Origin: Myxococcales bacterium
GTDB lineage: Bacteria > Myxococcota_A > Polyangia > Polyangiales > Polyangiaceae
Direction: 5' to 3'
Assembly: GCA_043747615.1 (NCBI GenBank)
Contig: JAYTOU010000043.1
Coordinates: forward strand, 1-53,973
DNA length: 53,973 bases
Position 1 is the stretch's first letter. Every line of letters begins with the position of its first letter. The notes under the pieces are model-generated. The model made no database searches and was not told the origin of the DNA. It saw only the letters and a program-made list of their open reading frames with translations. Positions 1 through 8,514 of this stretch are shown here, piece after piece. Made by a program: the position numbers and the translations under genes.

Positions 1-954
1 ATTCACGAGGACATGAAGCACTTCTTCGACGGGTTTCCGTCCACCGCGCATCCCATGGCGGTCTTGTCGTCGATGGTCTGCTCGCTGTCGAGCTACTACC
101 CCGATGCGCTCGACGTCGACGACCACGCTCAGACCGAGATCACGATCGCGCGGCTGATGGCGAAGGTGCGGACCATTGCGGCGTTCGCATACAAAAAGTC
201 CATCGGTCAGCCGTTCGTCTATCCGAAAAATTCCCTCAAATACTGCGCGAATTTGCTGAATATGGTCTTCAGCGTTCCCGCCGAGCCCTACGAGGTCGAC
301 CCCGACATCGAGAAGGTTCTGAACGTTCTGTTCATCCTGCATGCCGACCACGAGCAGAACTGCTCGACGTCGACCGTGCGTCTCGTTGGAAGCTCGAAGG
401 CCAATCTCTTCGCCAGCATCTCGGCCGGCATCTGCGCGCTGTGGGGCCCCCTCCACGGCGGCGCGAACCAAGAAGTCATCGAGATGCTGCAGAAGATTCA
501 GACGGAAGGCGGCAACGTCAAAAAGTACGTCGACATGGCGAAGGACAAGAACTCGAACTTCCGCCTCATGGGATTCGGCCACCGCGTTTACAAAAACTTC
601 GACCCCCGCGCGAAGATCATCAAGCGCGCAGCCGACCAGGTGCTCGAGAAGAAGGGCATTCACGATCCGCTGCTCGACATCGCCAAGCAGCTCGAAGAGG
701 CAGCGCTGAAAGACAGCTATTTCGTCGAGCGAAAGCTCTATCCGAACGTGGATTTCTACTCGGGCATCATCTACCGCGCGCTCGGTTTTCCGACGAACAT
801 GTTCACCGTTCTGTTCGCGCTCGGCCGGCTGCCCGGCTGGATCGCTCACTGGCGCGAGATGCTCAGCGATCCCACCATGAAGATCGGCCGCCCCCGGCAG
901 ATCTACACCGGGCCCACCGCACACCCGTACGTTCCGATGGAACAACGTAAGTAG
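1..954 (+). CDS. gltA: Citrate synthase (type II), 5'-truncated by the window edge
   Basis: Frame is open from base 1. Motifs HADHEQNCST, GPLHGGAN, GFGHRVYKNFDPRA, YPNVDFYSG and RPRQIY. Confidence 0.97.
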   Translation: MHEDMKHFFDGFPSTAHPMAVLSSMVCSLSSYYPDALDVDDHAQTEITIARLMAKVRTIAAFAYKKSIGQPFVYPKNSLKYCANLLNMVFSVPAEPYEVDPDIEKVLNVLFILHADHEQNCSTSTVRLVGSSKANLFASISAGICALWGPLHGGANQEVIEMLQKIQTEGGNVKKYVDMAKDKNSNFRLMGFGHRVYKNFDPRAKIIKRAADQVLEKKGIHDPLLDIAKQLEEAALKDSYFVERKLYPNVDFYSGIIYRALGFPTNMFTVLFALGRLPGWIAHWREMLSDPTMKIGRPRQIYTGPTAHPYVPMEQRK

Positions 955-962
955 GTTACGCC

Positions 963-2963
963 ATGAGTCTTCCCCTTGCCCCTCCCGGAGCGAGGGGTAT
1001 TTGCCGTTGCTTCCGCGTCTTCGGCCTCGCTCTTCTGAACGCAAACATTACCGCCTGCGACAAACGGCCGGAGCCGGCTTCGCGCAGCACGGTCGACGCG
1101 GCGGCATCCATGGAGACGCAGGGCGTCGCGCCCGACGTGCCAAGCGCGGCCGATGCGCCACGCAACACGGAGCTCGCGAAAGACGCGGCAGCGGTGGTGA
1201 ACGCGTTCTACAACACGCGTCCGAGCTTTACTTCGGCCGGCACCCGCGTGCTCTTCGTCTCCGATCGCGACGGGATCCCCCAGCTGTATCTGAGTGACGC
1301 GGGTCACCCCGAGGCTCCCGCCGTTCATCTCTTGACGACCAAAGAGCGCATCGAGGAGAGGCCGGCGATCACGCAGGACGGGAAGAGCGTCATCTTCATG
1401 TCCAACCAACGCGCGCCGGAGAACGTGTCGATCTTCCGAGTCGGGCTGGATGGCTCAGGCCTCGTGGAGCTCAGCAAGTCGGAGATTGCCCACCGCGATA
1501 TGCCTCTTTTGCCCGACGGATTGGCGGGGACGATGATTTATTCGTCCCGCGTGCCTACGGAAAAAGGGATGCGCGTCTTCACGCAGTCGACACTCGACGG
1601 TAGCCCGCCGAAGGTGGTCTTTACCGACAAGTCGCCCGGTGGGCTGAGCGACGTGAGCCGCGACGGTAAGCTGGCATTGGTCCTTCGCTACGTATCGCCG
1701 CGCGACGTCAGAGTCCTTCGGGTGGATCTGGTGCACGCCGCGGCGCAGGTGATCTACCCCGCGGAGGCCAAAGCGGAGAGCGTGCATCACGCCGCATTTT
1801 CGGCGGACGGAAGCCGGATCTTCGTGGCCACCCAGGCTGGCGAAGAGGCGGCGCTCGTGGCGCTCGACGCAAAGACCTTCACGGAGAAGGCGCGCTACGT
1901 CGAGACGAAGCCGACCACCGCGCGCATCGAGGACATGGCCGTCGCCAAGAATGGCGAGCGCGTCGCCCTGGTGATCGACGCCGGCAATCACAGCGAGGTT
2001 CGCCTCCTCGATGCCAAGACACTGAAGCCGAGCGTGCCCGTCGCCATGCCGCTGGGAAACGGCGAAGGCTTGATCTTCAGCGACGACGGCAAGACCCTCG
2101 CCCTCGAGTGGTCGAGCGCAGACGCGCCCAACGATCTTCTGGCGATCGACATGCTGAGCGGTAAAACAAGGCCTCTTCGGAGCGAGTTGCGCCCTGGGAT
2201 CGCGGCTCTCCCCAAGGTGACGGCATCGATCTCCGAAGTGACCTCGTTCGACGCGACGAAGGTACCGGTGAACGTCTACCTCCCCTCGCCGCTCCCCGAA
2301 GGAAAGAAGCTGAGCGTCATCGTGATGGTCCACAGCGGCCCGGCGCAGGCAAGTCAGGCTGGCTGGTCATCGTGGACGCGATTCTTCACGGCCCACGAGT
2401 TCGCGGTGGTCGATCCGAACGTGCGTGGCTCCACCGGGTTCGGCAGCGCGTACGAAAAAGCGGATGACGGACCAAAGCGACTCGATGCCGTGAAAGACCT
2501 GGAGGCCGTCGGCACCTGGGTGACGACCCAGCCCTGGGCCGCGCCAGGCCGGCTCGCTCTCTTGGGCGCGAGCTACGGCGGATACATGACGCTCATGGGC
2601 CTGTCCCGTTCACCGACCCTCTGGAAGGCGGGGGTCGACGTCGTGGGCGTCGTGCACTGGGAGACTTTCTTGAAGACGGCGCCAAGCCTCGGACGGGAAT
2701 CGCTGGCCACGGAGCTTGGCAGTGATCTCATCAGCCCAGCGCTCGACAAGATCACCTCGCCGCTCTTCGTCTACGCCGGGCAGAACGATCTGCGTGTGCC
2801 CCGAGCCGACTCCGACGCCATCGTGGCCTCGCTGCGCGCCAGGAAAATCCCCACGTACTACATGGTTGGGGCAAACGAAGAGCACTCGCTCGATCGCAAC
2901 GAAACGAAAAAGTCGTTCCTCGCGCGCGCTCTCCGCTTCCTCGAAACGAACCTGAATAAATAG
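963..2963 (+). CDS. S9 family (prolyl oligopeptidase/acylaminoacyl peptidase-like) serine peptidase, probably exported or lipoprotein
   Basis: Beta-propeller region with TolB/PD40-like repeats (FVSDRDG, FSADG, FSDDG), then hydrolase domain with NVRGSTGFG, GASYGG (Ser), QNDLRV (Asp) and EEH (His). Start uncertain. Confidence 0.9.
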   Translation: MSLPLAPPGARGICRCFRVFGLALLNANITACDKRPEPASRSTVDAAASMETQGVAPDVPSAADAPRNTELAKDAAAVVNAFYNTRPSFTSAGTRVLFVSDRDGIPQLYLSDAGHPEAPAVHLLTTKERIEERPAITQDGKSVIFMSNQRAPENVSIFRVGLDGSGLVELSKSEIAHRDMPLLPDGLAGTMIYSSRVPTEKGMRVFTQSTLDGSPPKVVFTDKSPGGLSDVSRDGKLALVLRYVSPRDVRVLRVDLVHAAAQVIYPAEAKAESVHHAAFSADGSRIFVATQAGEEAALVALDAKTFTEKARYVETKPTTARIEDMAVAKNGERVALVIDAGNHSEVRLLDAKTLKPSVPVAMPLGNGEGLIFSDDGKTLALEWSSADAPNDLLAIDMLSGKTRPLRSELRPGIAALPKVTASISEVTSFDATKVPVNVYLPSPLPEGKKLSVIVMVHSGPAQASQAGWSSWTRFFTAHEFAVVDPNVRGSTGFGSAYEKADDGPKRLDAVKDLEAVGTWVTTQPWAAPGRLALLGASYGGYMTLMGLSRSPTLWKAGVDVVGVVHWETFLKTAPSLGRESLATELGSDLISPALDKITSPLFVYAGQNDLRVPRADSDAIVASLRARKIPTYYMVGANEEHSLDRNETKKSFLARALRFLETNLNK

Positions 2964-2973
2964 GTGGTCGAAG

Positions 2974-3903
2974 TCAGCGCAGGCCGAGTCCCGCCGAGGC
3001 GGCGCTCGCGGCCACGGGGATCCGACCGCGGTCGCTCCCATCGGTGCGGTACGTCAAGGCGACCCAGGGAACGCCGAGGATCAAGCCCGTGTCGACGGCG
3101 AACGGGCGAATGAAAGCGATGTCTGCGCCGAAATTTTTTCCCGACAGACGGATCCCGTAGTCGATGAAACCAACGGACGCTCCCGCGCCTGCGAACTGTC
3201 CGGTGCCGACCACGCCGAGAACGCCGGGCTCGACGAGGATCGATACCACCGTGCCGGTTCCGATGGTGAGGCCGAGCGTGCCGTAGACGGGCAGAGCCGC
3301 GTTGCTCTGGTTGTTGAGAAAGGAGCCGACGTTTGGCGAGACACTCGAGCGGCACTTGGTCTCGAAACAAAATTGACCGACGGCCGCGAGGTGTCCGCCG
3401 ACATACGCTTTCGATGACTCGCTGCCGTCGACGACGAGGTCGAAGCCGGCCATGAGGGCTGCGCGGAAGATCTCCGTGCGGACGACATTCAACTTCAACG
3501 AAAAATCGAACCAGAACGGCTGCTTTTTGACGATCGGCGGCACCCCCGTGATCGAGAGCTGCAAGTTGTCCGTCACCGCGTATCCGAATTGGAGGAGGAT
3601 GATTTCGTAGTCGCTGAAGAAGAACGTTCCCTTCGGGTGCGTCTCCGCCGTCGATCCGAGGATCACGTGATCGGAGTTCGCGTCGATGAAGCGCGCTTCT
3701 TTCGGGTTGTCGCCCGGCTCGAAAATCGTGGCCTCTTCTTCGGGCGGCGTTTGGGGCTGCCTCGCTGCCGGCGCGGTGGCAGCGTCGGGCGCCGGGGAGG
3801 TCACTACGACGCCGGGCTGAGCGAAGGCAGTTCCGCTGAGGGCGACACACGCGAGGGCCACGGGGAGAACGAGCTTCTTGGGTGAGCGCGGCAGAGTGAT
3901 CAT
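2974..3903 (-). CDS. Hypothetical exported protein, probable outer-membrane beta-barrel
   Basis: Signal peptide (LVLPVALACVALSGTAFA), Pro/Ala linker, then amphipathic beta-strand pattern. ATG at 3903 fits the sigma54 site directly upstream. Confidence 0.6.
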   Translation of the reverse strand: MITLPRSPKKLVLPVALACVALSGTAFAQPGVVVTSPAPDAATAPAARQPQTPPEEEATIFEPGDNPKEARFIDANSDHVILGSTAETHPKGTFFFSDYEIILLQFGYAVTDNLQLSITGVPPIVKKQPFWFDFSLKLNVVRTEIFRAALMAGFDLVVDGSESSKAYVGGHLAAVGQFCFETKCRSSVSPNVGSFLNNQSNAALPVYGTLGLTIGTGTVVSILVEPGVLGVVGTGQFAGAGASVGFIDYGIRLSGKNFGADIAFIRPFAVDTGLILGVPWVALTYRTDGSDRGRIPVAASAASAGLGLR

Positions 3904-3914
3904 GGCGTGCACCG

Positions 3915-3930
3915 AGCAAAGCACGTGCCA
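3915..3930 (-). promoter_or_regulatory. Sigma54 (-24/-12) promoter
   Basis: Minus strand reads TGGCACGTGCTTTGCT, an exact match to TGGCACG-N4-TTGCW. Predicted +1 is about 3904, next to the ATG at 3903. Confidence 0.7.
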
Positions 3931-4026
3931 CGCGCGGGCGGCGGAGTTTCTGGGCAATTCGGATTGCTTCGCTTGCGGGTGTGAAGTTGGGTACTCACCC
4001 GAAACGCATTGTTGCCCGGCGTTCGG

Positions 4027-4971
4027 TCACAGAAACTGCGTGAACCAAACTCCGATTTGATTCGCAGCAAGTAGGTATTCGAGGAATGCCAAGATCAAGA
4101 AAGGGCCAAACGGAATCCGGGCGCGCGCGACGCCGTCCGCCTCCGGAGAGCCGAGCACAGGATCGTCCGCGAGAATCTGCTTCGCCTCTTCATCGCCCTC
4201 CGCCGACAGGCGTTCGAGCTCCGCGCGCTCTTCCTTGATCGAGTCGGGGTCTTCGATTTTTCCGCGCACGAGCAGGATGAAGAGTGTGCCGAGCGTCCCT
4301 TGCACCGCGCCCGCGAAGAGGACGAACGCCGCGCCCGGCCACCCGAACCACGCGCCTGCCAGCATGAGGAGCTTCGCGTCTCCGAGCCCCATGCCCGCCA
4401 TACCTCGGACGGCTTTGTACAGGACGATGAAGAGAAGCCAGATCACGAGGTAGCCCGCGACCGCTCCGAAAACCGAGTCGCTCAGCGTCACCCCGCGAAG
4501 GGTGGCGGTCGCGATGCCGAGAACGGTGCCGCCGATGGTGATCGAGTCGGGGAGGAACATGTGCTCAGCGTCGATGAAGGCGGCGGCGACGAGGGCAAGG
4601 GCTACGGCGAAGTCAGCGAGGTAGATCGCGCCGGCTCTGTACACCATGGTCTCGCCGGGGAGCGCGCGGACGATCACTTCGAAAATGGCCAGCGACAGGA
4701 CGCCGCCGATGAGCTCCACGGCCGGGTAGCGCAGGGTCATCTTCGCCCCGCAGCAGCGCGCGCGACCGCGCAGAATGAGAAACGACAGTACTGGGAAGTT
4801 GTCGAACGCGCGCACCGGCTTGCCGCACGCGGGGCAATGCGACGGAGGATGGACGACGCTCATCTCGCGCGGCACGCGATAGATCACGACGTTGAGAAAG
4901 CTGCCCCAGATGAGCCCGAAGGGGATCACGAGCGCGCGCAAAAACCAGAGAGGGAGTTCGTCGAGCCTCAT
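4027..4971 (-). CDS. pilD: Prepilin peptidase (A24)
   Basis: GSFLNVVIYRVP, SHCPAC Zn motif, FIDAEH (Asp1), GMGLGDAKL (Asp2), IPFGPFL and multiple TM helices. Confidence 0.95.
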   Translation of the reverse strand: MRLDELPLWFLRALVIPFGLIWGSFLNVVIYRVPREMSVVHPPSHCPACGKPVRAFDNFPVLSFLILRGRARCCGAKMTLRYPAVELIGGVLSLAIFEVIVRALPGETMVYRAGAIYLADFAVALALVAAAFIDAEHMFLPDSITIGGTVLGIATATLRGVTLSDSVFGAVAGYLVIWLLFIVLYKAVRGMAGMGLGDAKLLMLAGAWFGWPGAAFVLFAGAVQGTLGTLFILLVRGKIEDPDSIKEERAELERLSAEGDEEAKQILADDPVLGSPEADGVARARIPFGPFLILAFLEYLLAANQIGVWFTQFL

Positions 4972-5041
4972 CCGCGGAGAGAGACCCTAGCAAACCCCTG
5001 ATGACAACGCCCCACGTTCGAGGTAACCGAGCCGCGGCGCG

Positions 5042-5647
5042 ATGTTACTTTCGATGCGGGCGGAGAGCCCGGACCCCAGAAAAGTGCGCATGGCCGTCGA
5101 CGCGCTCGAGGCAGGAGAGGTCATCGGGTATCCGACCGACACGGTGTACGGGCTGGGTTGCGATCTCTTGAACAAGAAGGCCGTGGATCGCCTTTACGCC
5201 ATCAAAGGGATGGATCGCAAAAAACAGCTCGCCTTCATCTGCCCCGATCTCGCGGACATCGCGAAGTACGCCGTCGTCGAGAAGCATCACTACCGCGTGC
5301 TCAAGCACTACTTGCCGGGCCCTTACTGCTTCATCCTCGAAGCCACCCGCGAGGTGCCGAAGCTCATTCAGTCGAAGAGAATGACGGTGGGCATCCGCAT
5401 TCCCGATCACGAGATCATCCGCGCGATCACCCGCGAGCTCGGTCGTCCGGTCATTTCGACGACGGCCCAGCGCGAAGGCGAAGACCCGCACGTCGACCCC
5501 GACGAGATCGACGAAGCGTTCAAGGGACTCGCGATGGTGATCGAGGCCGGCGGCGGGGGAATGGTGCCGACGACGATCATCGATCTCACGACCACCCCGG
5601 CTACGGTGATTCGTGAGGGGCTTGGATCGGTCGAGGATTTTCTTTGA
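5042..5647 (+). CDS. Sua5/YciO/YrdC family protein (L-threonylcarbamoyladenylate synthase family, YciO-like)
   Basis: YPTDTVYGLGC, LPGPY, KRMTVGIRIPD, PVISTTA and PTTIIDL. Confidence 0.9.
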   Translation: MLLSMRAESPDPRKVRMAVDALEAGEVIGYPTDTVYGLGCDLLNKKAVDRLYAIKGMDRKKQLAFICPDLADIAKYAVVEKHHYRVLKHYLPGPYCFILEATREVPKLIQSKRMTVGIRIPDHEIIRAITRELGRPVISTTAQREGEDPHVDPDEIDEAFKGLAMVIEAGGGGMVPTTIIDLTTTPATVIREGLGSVEDFL

Positions 5648-6137
5648 GCTCGTCGCGGATTTTCTCCGCGAGCTCTTTTGCGATCCGCGCGTCGAGCTCT
5701 GCGAGCGTCGTTCCCTTGAACGCGAGCGAGCCGTGGGGCGTCGAATAGGCGACGTCGGTGAAGCTCGTATGCAGGTCTACGGGCACCTCGATCCCGCGCG
5801 GCCCGATCATCGCCCCCTTCACGCGGGTGGCGAGGGTGCGCTCATTTACCTCGCGAACGGCGAGCGCGGTCTTGGTTCCTTCGGCAAATTCATAGGTCTC
5901 GGTGGCGACGGAGTCCTTCTCCTCGTGAACGCAGAAGCCGGTGATCTTCACCGTCGCAGAGGGTGCCCCGAGGGCTCTCTTCATGTCCAGCCAGGCGCAC
6001 GAGTCGGGGAGCGTCAGCTGCGCAACGTGCGGCAACCGCGATGCTGCCGATGGATCGCTCTTGGGCGCACCTCCGCAGCCAAGCGCTTCGAACGCGAGGA
6101 GCATGATGAGCGAGAGAAGGCAGGCGAAACGCGACAT
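5601..6137 (-). CDS. Hypothetical lipoprotein
   Basis: Hydrophobic N-terminus with ALGC lipobox. Lies 11 nt downstream of thiD, and its 3' end overlaps the convergent yciO-like gene by 47 nt. Confidence 0.6.
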   Translation of the reverse strand: MSRFACLLSLIMLLAFEALGCGGAPKSDPSAASRLPHVAQLTLPDSCAWLDMKRALGAPSATVKITGFCVHEEKDSVATETYEFAEGTKTALAVREVNERTLATRVKGAMIGPRGIEVPVDLHTSFTDVAYSTPHGSLAFKGTTLAELDARIAKELAEKIRDELKENPRPIQAPHESP

Positions 6138-6148
6138 CTGAAATTGCC

Positions 6149-6970
6149 TCAGAGCATCAGGACGCGGAGATCGCCGCCGACGTCACGAGGGCGCGCGAGT
6201 GCTGCACGGTGCACTTTTTTTGCCCACTTTACTGCGTCTTTGATGATCGCGGCGCCATCGGATTCGAATGCGCGATCGTCGGCGGCGATGTGTCCCGCGA
6301 TGAGGGAGGCAAGAGCGCATCCGCCGCCGTGGAGTGGGGCGAGGTTGAGCCTGGAAGCGCGGAGCTCCAAGGTCTCGCCGTCGATCGCGAGCACGTCGAT
6401 CGCATCGCGACCGCCTAGGTGGCCGCCTTTGACGAGGGCGGCGCGCGCTCCGAGACGGCAAATCTGATGGGCGGCATCACGTGCAGACTGCACGCTCGTG
6501 ATCCGCGCTCCGGTGATGACCTCCGCCTCGGGCACGTTCGCAGTCACGAGCGCCGCGCGTGGGATCAGCCGCTTCTTCAGGACGTCGACCGCGGCCGCGG
6601 CAAGGAGGCGACCCGCTCCGCGCGAAGGGAGCATCACGGGATCGACCACCGCCGGAACGTTTGCGTGCCTGGCCAGAAAATCGCCCACCGCGCGCACGTT
6701 GGCCGCACTACCCAGGGCCCCCGTCTTGATCGCGCGCACGTGTTGATGCCGCATGACCTCGCGCGCCTGGGCGAGCATCTCCCGCGAACGCACACTCCGC
6801 GCAGAGCGAAGCCCCGAGGTGGACTGGATGGTGATCACCGCGACGGCGAGGCACCCGAACACCTTGGCTGCCGCGAAGGCACGGAGGTCGGCCGCGAGGC
6901 CCGCACCCCCACCCGGATCCAGCCCGCCGATCGTCAGCGCGCATGCCGCGGAAACGGCCTTCGTTGCCAT
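6149..6970 (-). CDS. thiD: Hydroxymethylpyrimidine/phosphomethylpyrimidine kinase
   Basis: GGLDPGGGAGLAADL, IKTGAL, VVDPVM, ANVPEAE, VKGGH and HGGGC (PfkB fold). Confidence 0.9.
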   Translation of the reverse strand: MATKAVSAACALTIGGLDPGGGAGLAADLRAFAAAKVFGCLAVAVITIQSTSGLRSARSVRSREMLAQAREVMRHQHVRAIKTGALGSAANVRAVGDFLARHANVPAVVDPVMLPSRGAGRLLAAAAVDVLKKRLIPRAALVTANVPEAEVITGARITSVQSARDAAHQICRLGARAALVKGGHLGGRDAIDVLAIDGETLELRASRLNLAPLHGGGCALASLIAGHIAADDRAFESDGAAIIKDAVKWAKKVHRAALARPRDVGGDLRVLML

Positions 6971-7001
6971 GGCTAGACCCCATCTCACGACAGAACCGCG
7001 A

Positions 7002-7031
7002 TTGACATCGGAAAGCGCGCCCTGGTACGCA
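7002..7031 (+). promoter_or_regulatory. Putative sigma70 promoter of the Glt/Nfs-like operon
   Basis: TTGACA at 7002-7007, an 18-nt spacer, then TG-n-TACGCA (imperfect extended -10), 11 nt before ATG 7043. Confidence 0.45.
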
Positions 7032-7042
7032 AAACGGGTCCC

Positions 7043-7705
7043 ATGCGTGTGCTTTTGGCTCCGCTTGTCGTGTCGAGCCTTCTCCTTGCGGCTCCGGCCC
7101 GCGCGCAGTGCGTCGATGAAGAACTGAAGCAGGAGCTCCTAGGCGGCAGGCATTACCGCGGCGTCCAAGAGCGACTCTTCACGAAGGCTTTCCGTCACGA
7201 GCTCTCGGCGATGGGCGGCTACTACGCGGCCGACCTCTACTCGTCCAACTGGGTGGCCGGCGGCGCATACACCTTCCACTTCTCCGAAGACCTCGGTCTC
7301 GAGGCGAGCGTCGAGGTCACGCGCTTTCGCACCGCGGTCACCGACACGTACGAACGCCGCTACCCGCAGGTGCAGATCGAAGACCGCACCAACAAGCCGG
7401 GACGGCTTTATTTTGGGCACCTCGTGTGGTCGTTTGCTTACGGAAAGATGCGCTGGATGGGAGGCGGAATCACCCGCTTCGATTTCAATCTCGCGCTCGG
7501 CGCCGGGGTCACCGACGACTCGACCGCACGAGGAATCACTGGCAGCGCGGGCATCGGGACGAAGATGTACTTGAACAAGTGGTTCGCTCTTCGCTTCGAC
7601 GCGCGCGACCACGTTCTTCGAGAATCTCTTGTCGGTGAAGAGCACCTAGTGAACGACATCGTCTTCACCTTCGGGGCGAGCGTCTTCATTCCCTTCGGAG
7701 GATGA
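7043..7705 (+). CDS. Outer-membrane beta-barrel protein of the myxobacterial GltA/GltB/GltH (NfsA/B)-like family
   Basis: Signal peptide, then VQERLFTKAFRHELS, YTFHFSEDLGLE, FAYGK, LRFDARD and a C-terminal GASVFIPF strand. First gene of the TPR operon. Confidence 0.8.
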   Translation: MRVLLAPLVVSSLLLAAPARAQCVDEELKQELLGGRHYRGVQERLFTKAFRHELSAMGGYYAADLYSSNWVAGGAYTFHFSEDLGLEASVEVTRFRTAVTDTYERRYPQVQIEDRTNKPGRLYFGHLVWSFAYGKMRWMGGGITRFDFNLALGAGVTDDSTARGITGSAGIGTKMYLNKWFALRFDARDHVLRESLVGEEHLVNDIVFTFGASVFIPFGG

Positions 7706-8514
7706 GGGCAGTTAGCATGGAGGGCGCAATGAACACCAAGCGGGGGGCGGCGTTGATCTCGCTCGCGATCGGGACCCTTGCGGTCACGATGGCGATCGCC
7801 CAGCCGCGCAAAAATTCGGGCAGACCGAAGCCGAAGCCCGTCGTGGTCGTCGATGCGGGGGAGAGTCCCTACGACGAGCCGACGTTGGGAGGGTCCCCGG
7901 GTCTCGCGAGCGCTTCTTCAGGGGGTACGTCCGACGCCGGGCCGGTGCCCACGCCGGTGACGAAGCCGGAGCTCGGTGACGGCGGGATCAAACCTTCGCC
8001 CCTCAACCCCGCTGCCAATGAGCTGTCGGGACCCATGGCCGTCGATGGCGGCGCGGTGGATTACGACCGGATGCTTGGTGACATCGCGGCCCTACGCGCG
8101 CGCGTGGCCGCGGTGAGCGACACGCTCTTTCACGCCCGGGTCGCGGTCACGGTGGAGACGGACGACAACCACGCGAAGATCGGGAAGCTCGCCATCTCGC
8201 TCGACGACGGCATCGTCTACACCGCTCCGGCCAACTTCCATGCGGATGACGCGACCGTCGTGTACAGCCACGCCGTCGCACCGGGTAGACACGCCATCAC
8301 GATCGATGTGGAGCGCAAGGACGACCGGAACGACGCCTTCCGCAACTCCCAGAAGTCGCGCTTCATCGTCGACGTTCCCAAAGACGAGGAGCTGACGGTC
8401 GACGTGCGCATCTGGGACGAGTCGACGATGGGGGGCGATTTCCCGGGTGATCGCAGCGGTCGGTACGAGCTGCGGGTGCGCGCGAAGGCCGTCTCGAAAC
8501 CCGTGAAGAGGTGA
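7702..8514 (+). CDS. Hypothetical exported protein (Pro/Gly linker, short coiled coil, C-terminal beta-sandwich) within the Glt/Nfs-like operon
   Basis: Signal peptide. ATGA/GTGA overlaps with both neighbours. True start may be ATG 7717 or 7729. Confidence 0.7.
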   Translation: MRAVSMEGAMNTKRGAALISLAIGTLAVTMAIAQPRKNSGRPKPKPVVVVDAGESPYDEPTLGGSPGLASASSGGTSDAGPVPTPVTKPELGDGGIKPSPLNPAANELSGPMAVDGGAVDYDRMLGDIAALRARVAAVSDTLFHARVAVTVETDDNHAKIGKLAISLDDGIVYTAPANFHADDATVVYSHAVAPGRHAITIDVERKDDRNDAFRNSQKSRFIVDVPKDEELTVDVRIWDESTMGGDFPGDRSGRYELRVRAKAVSKPVKR

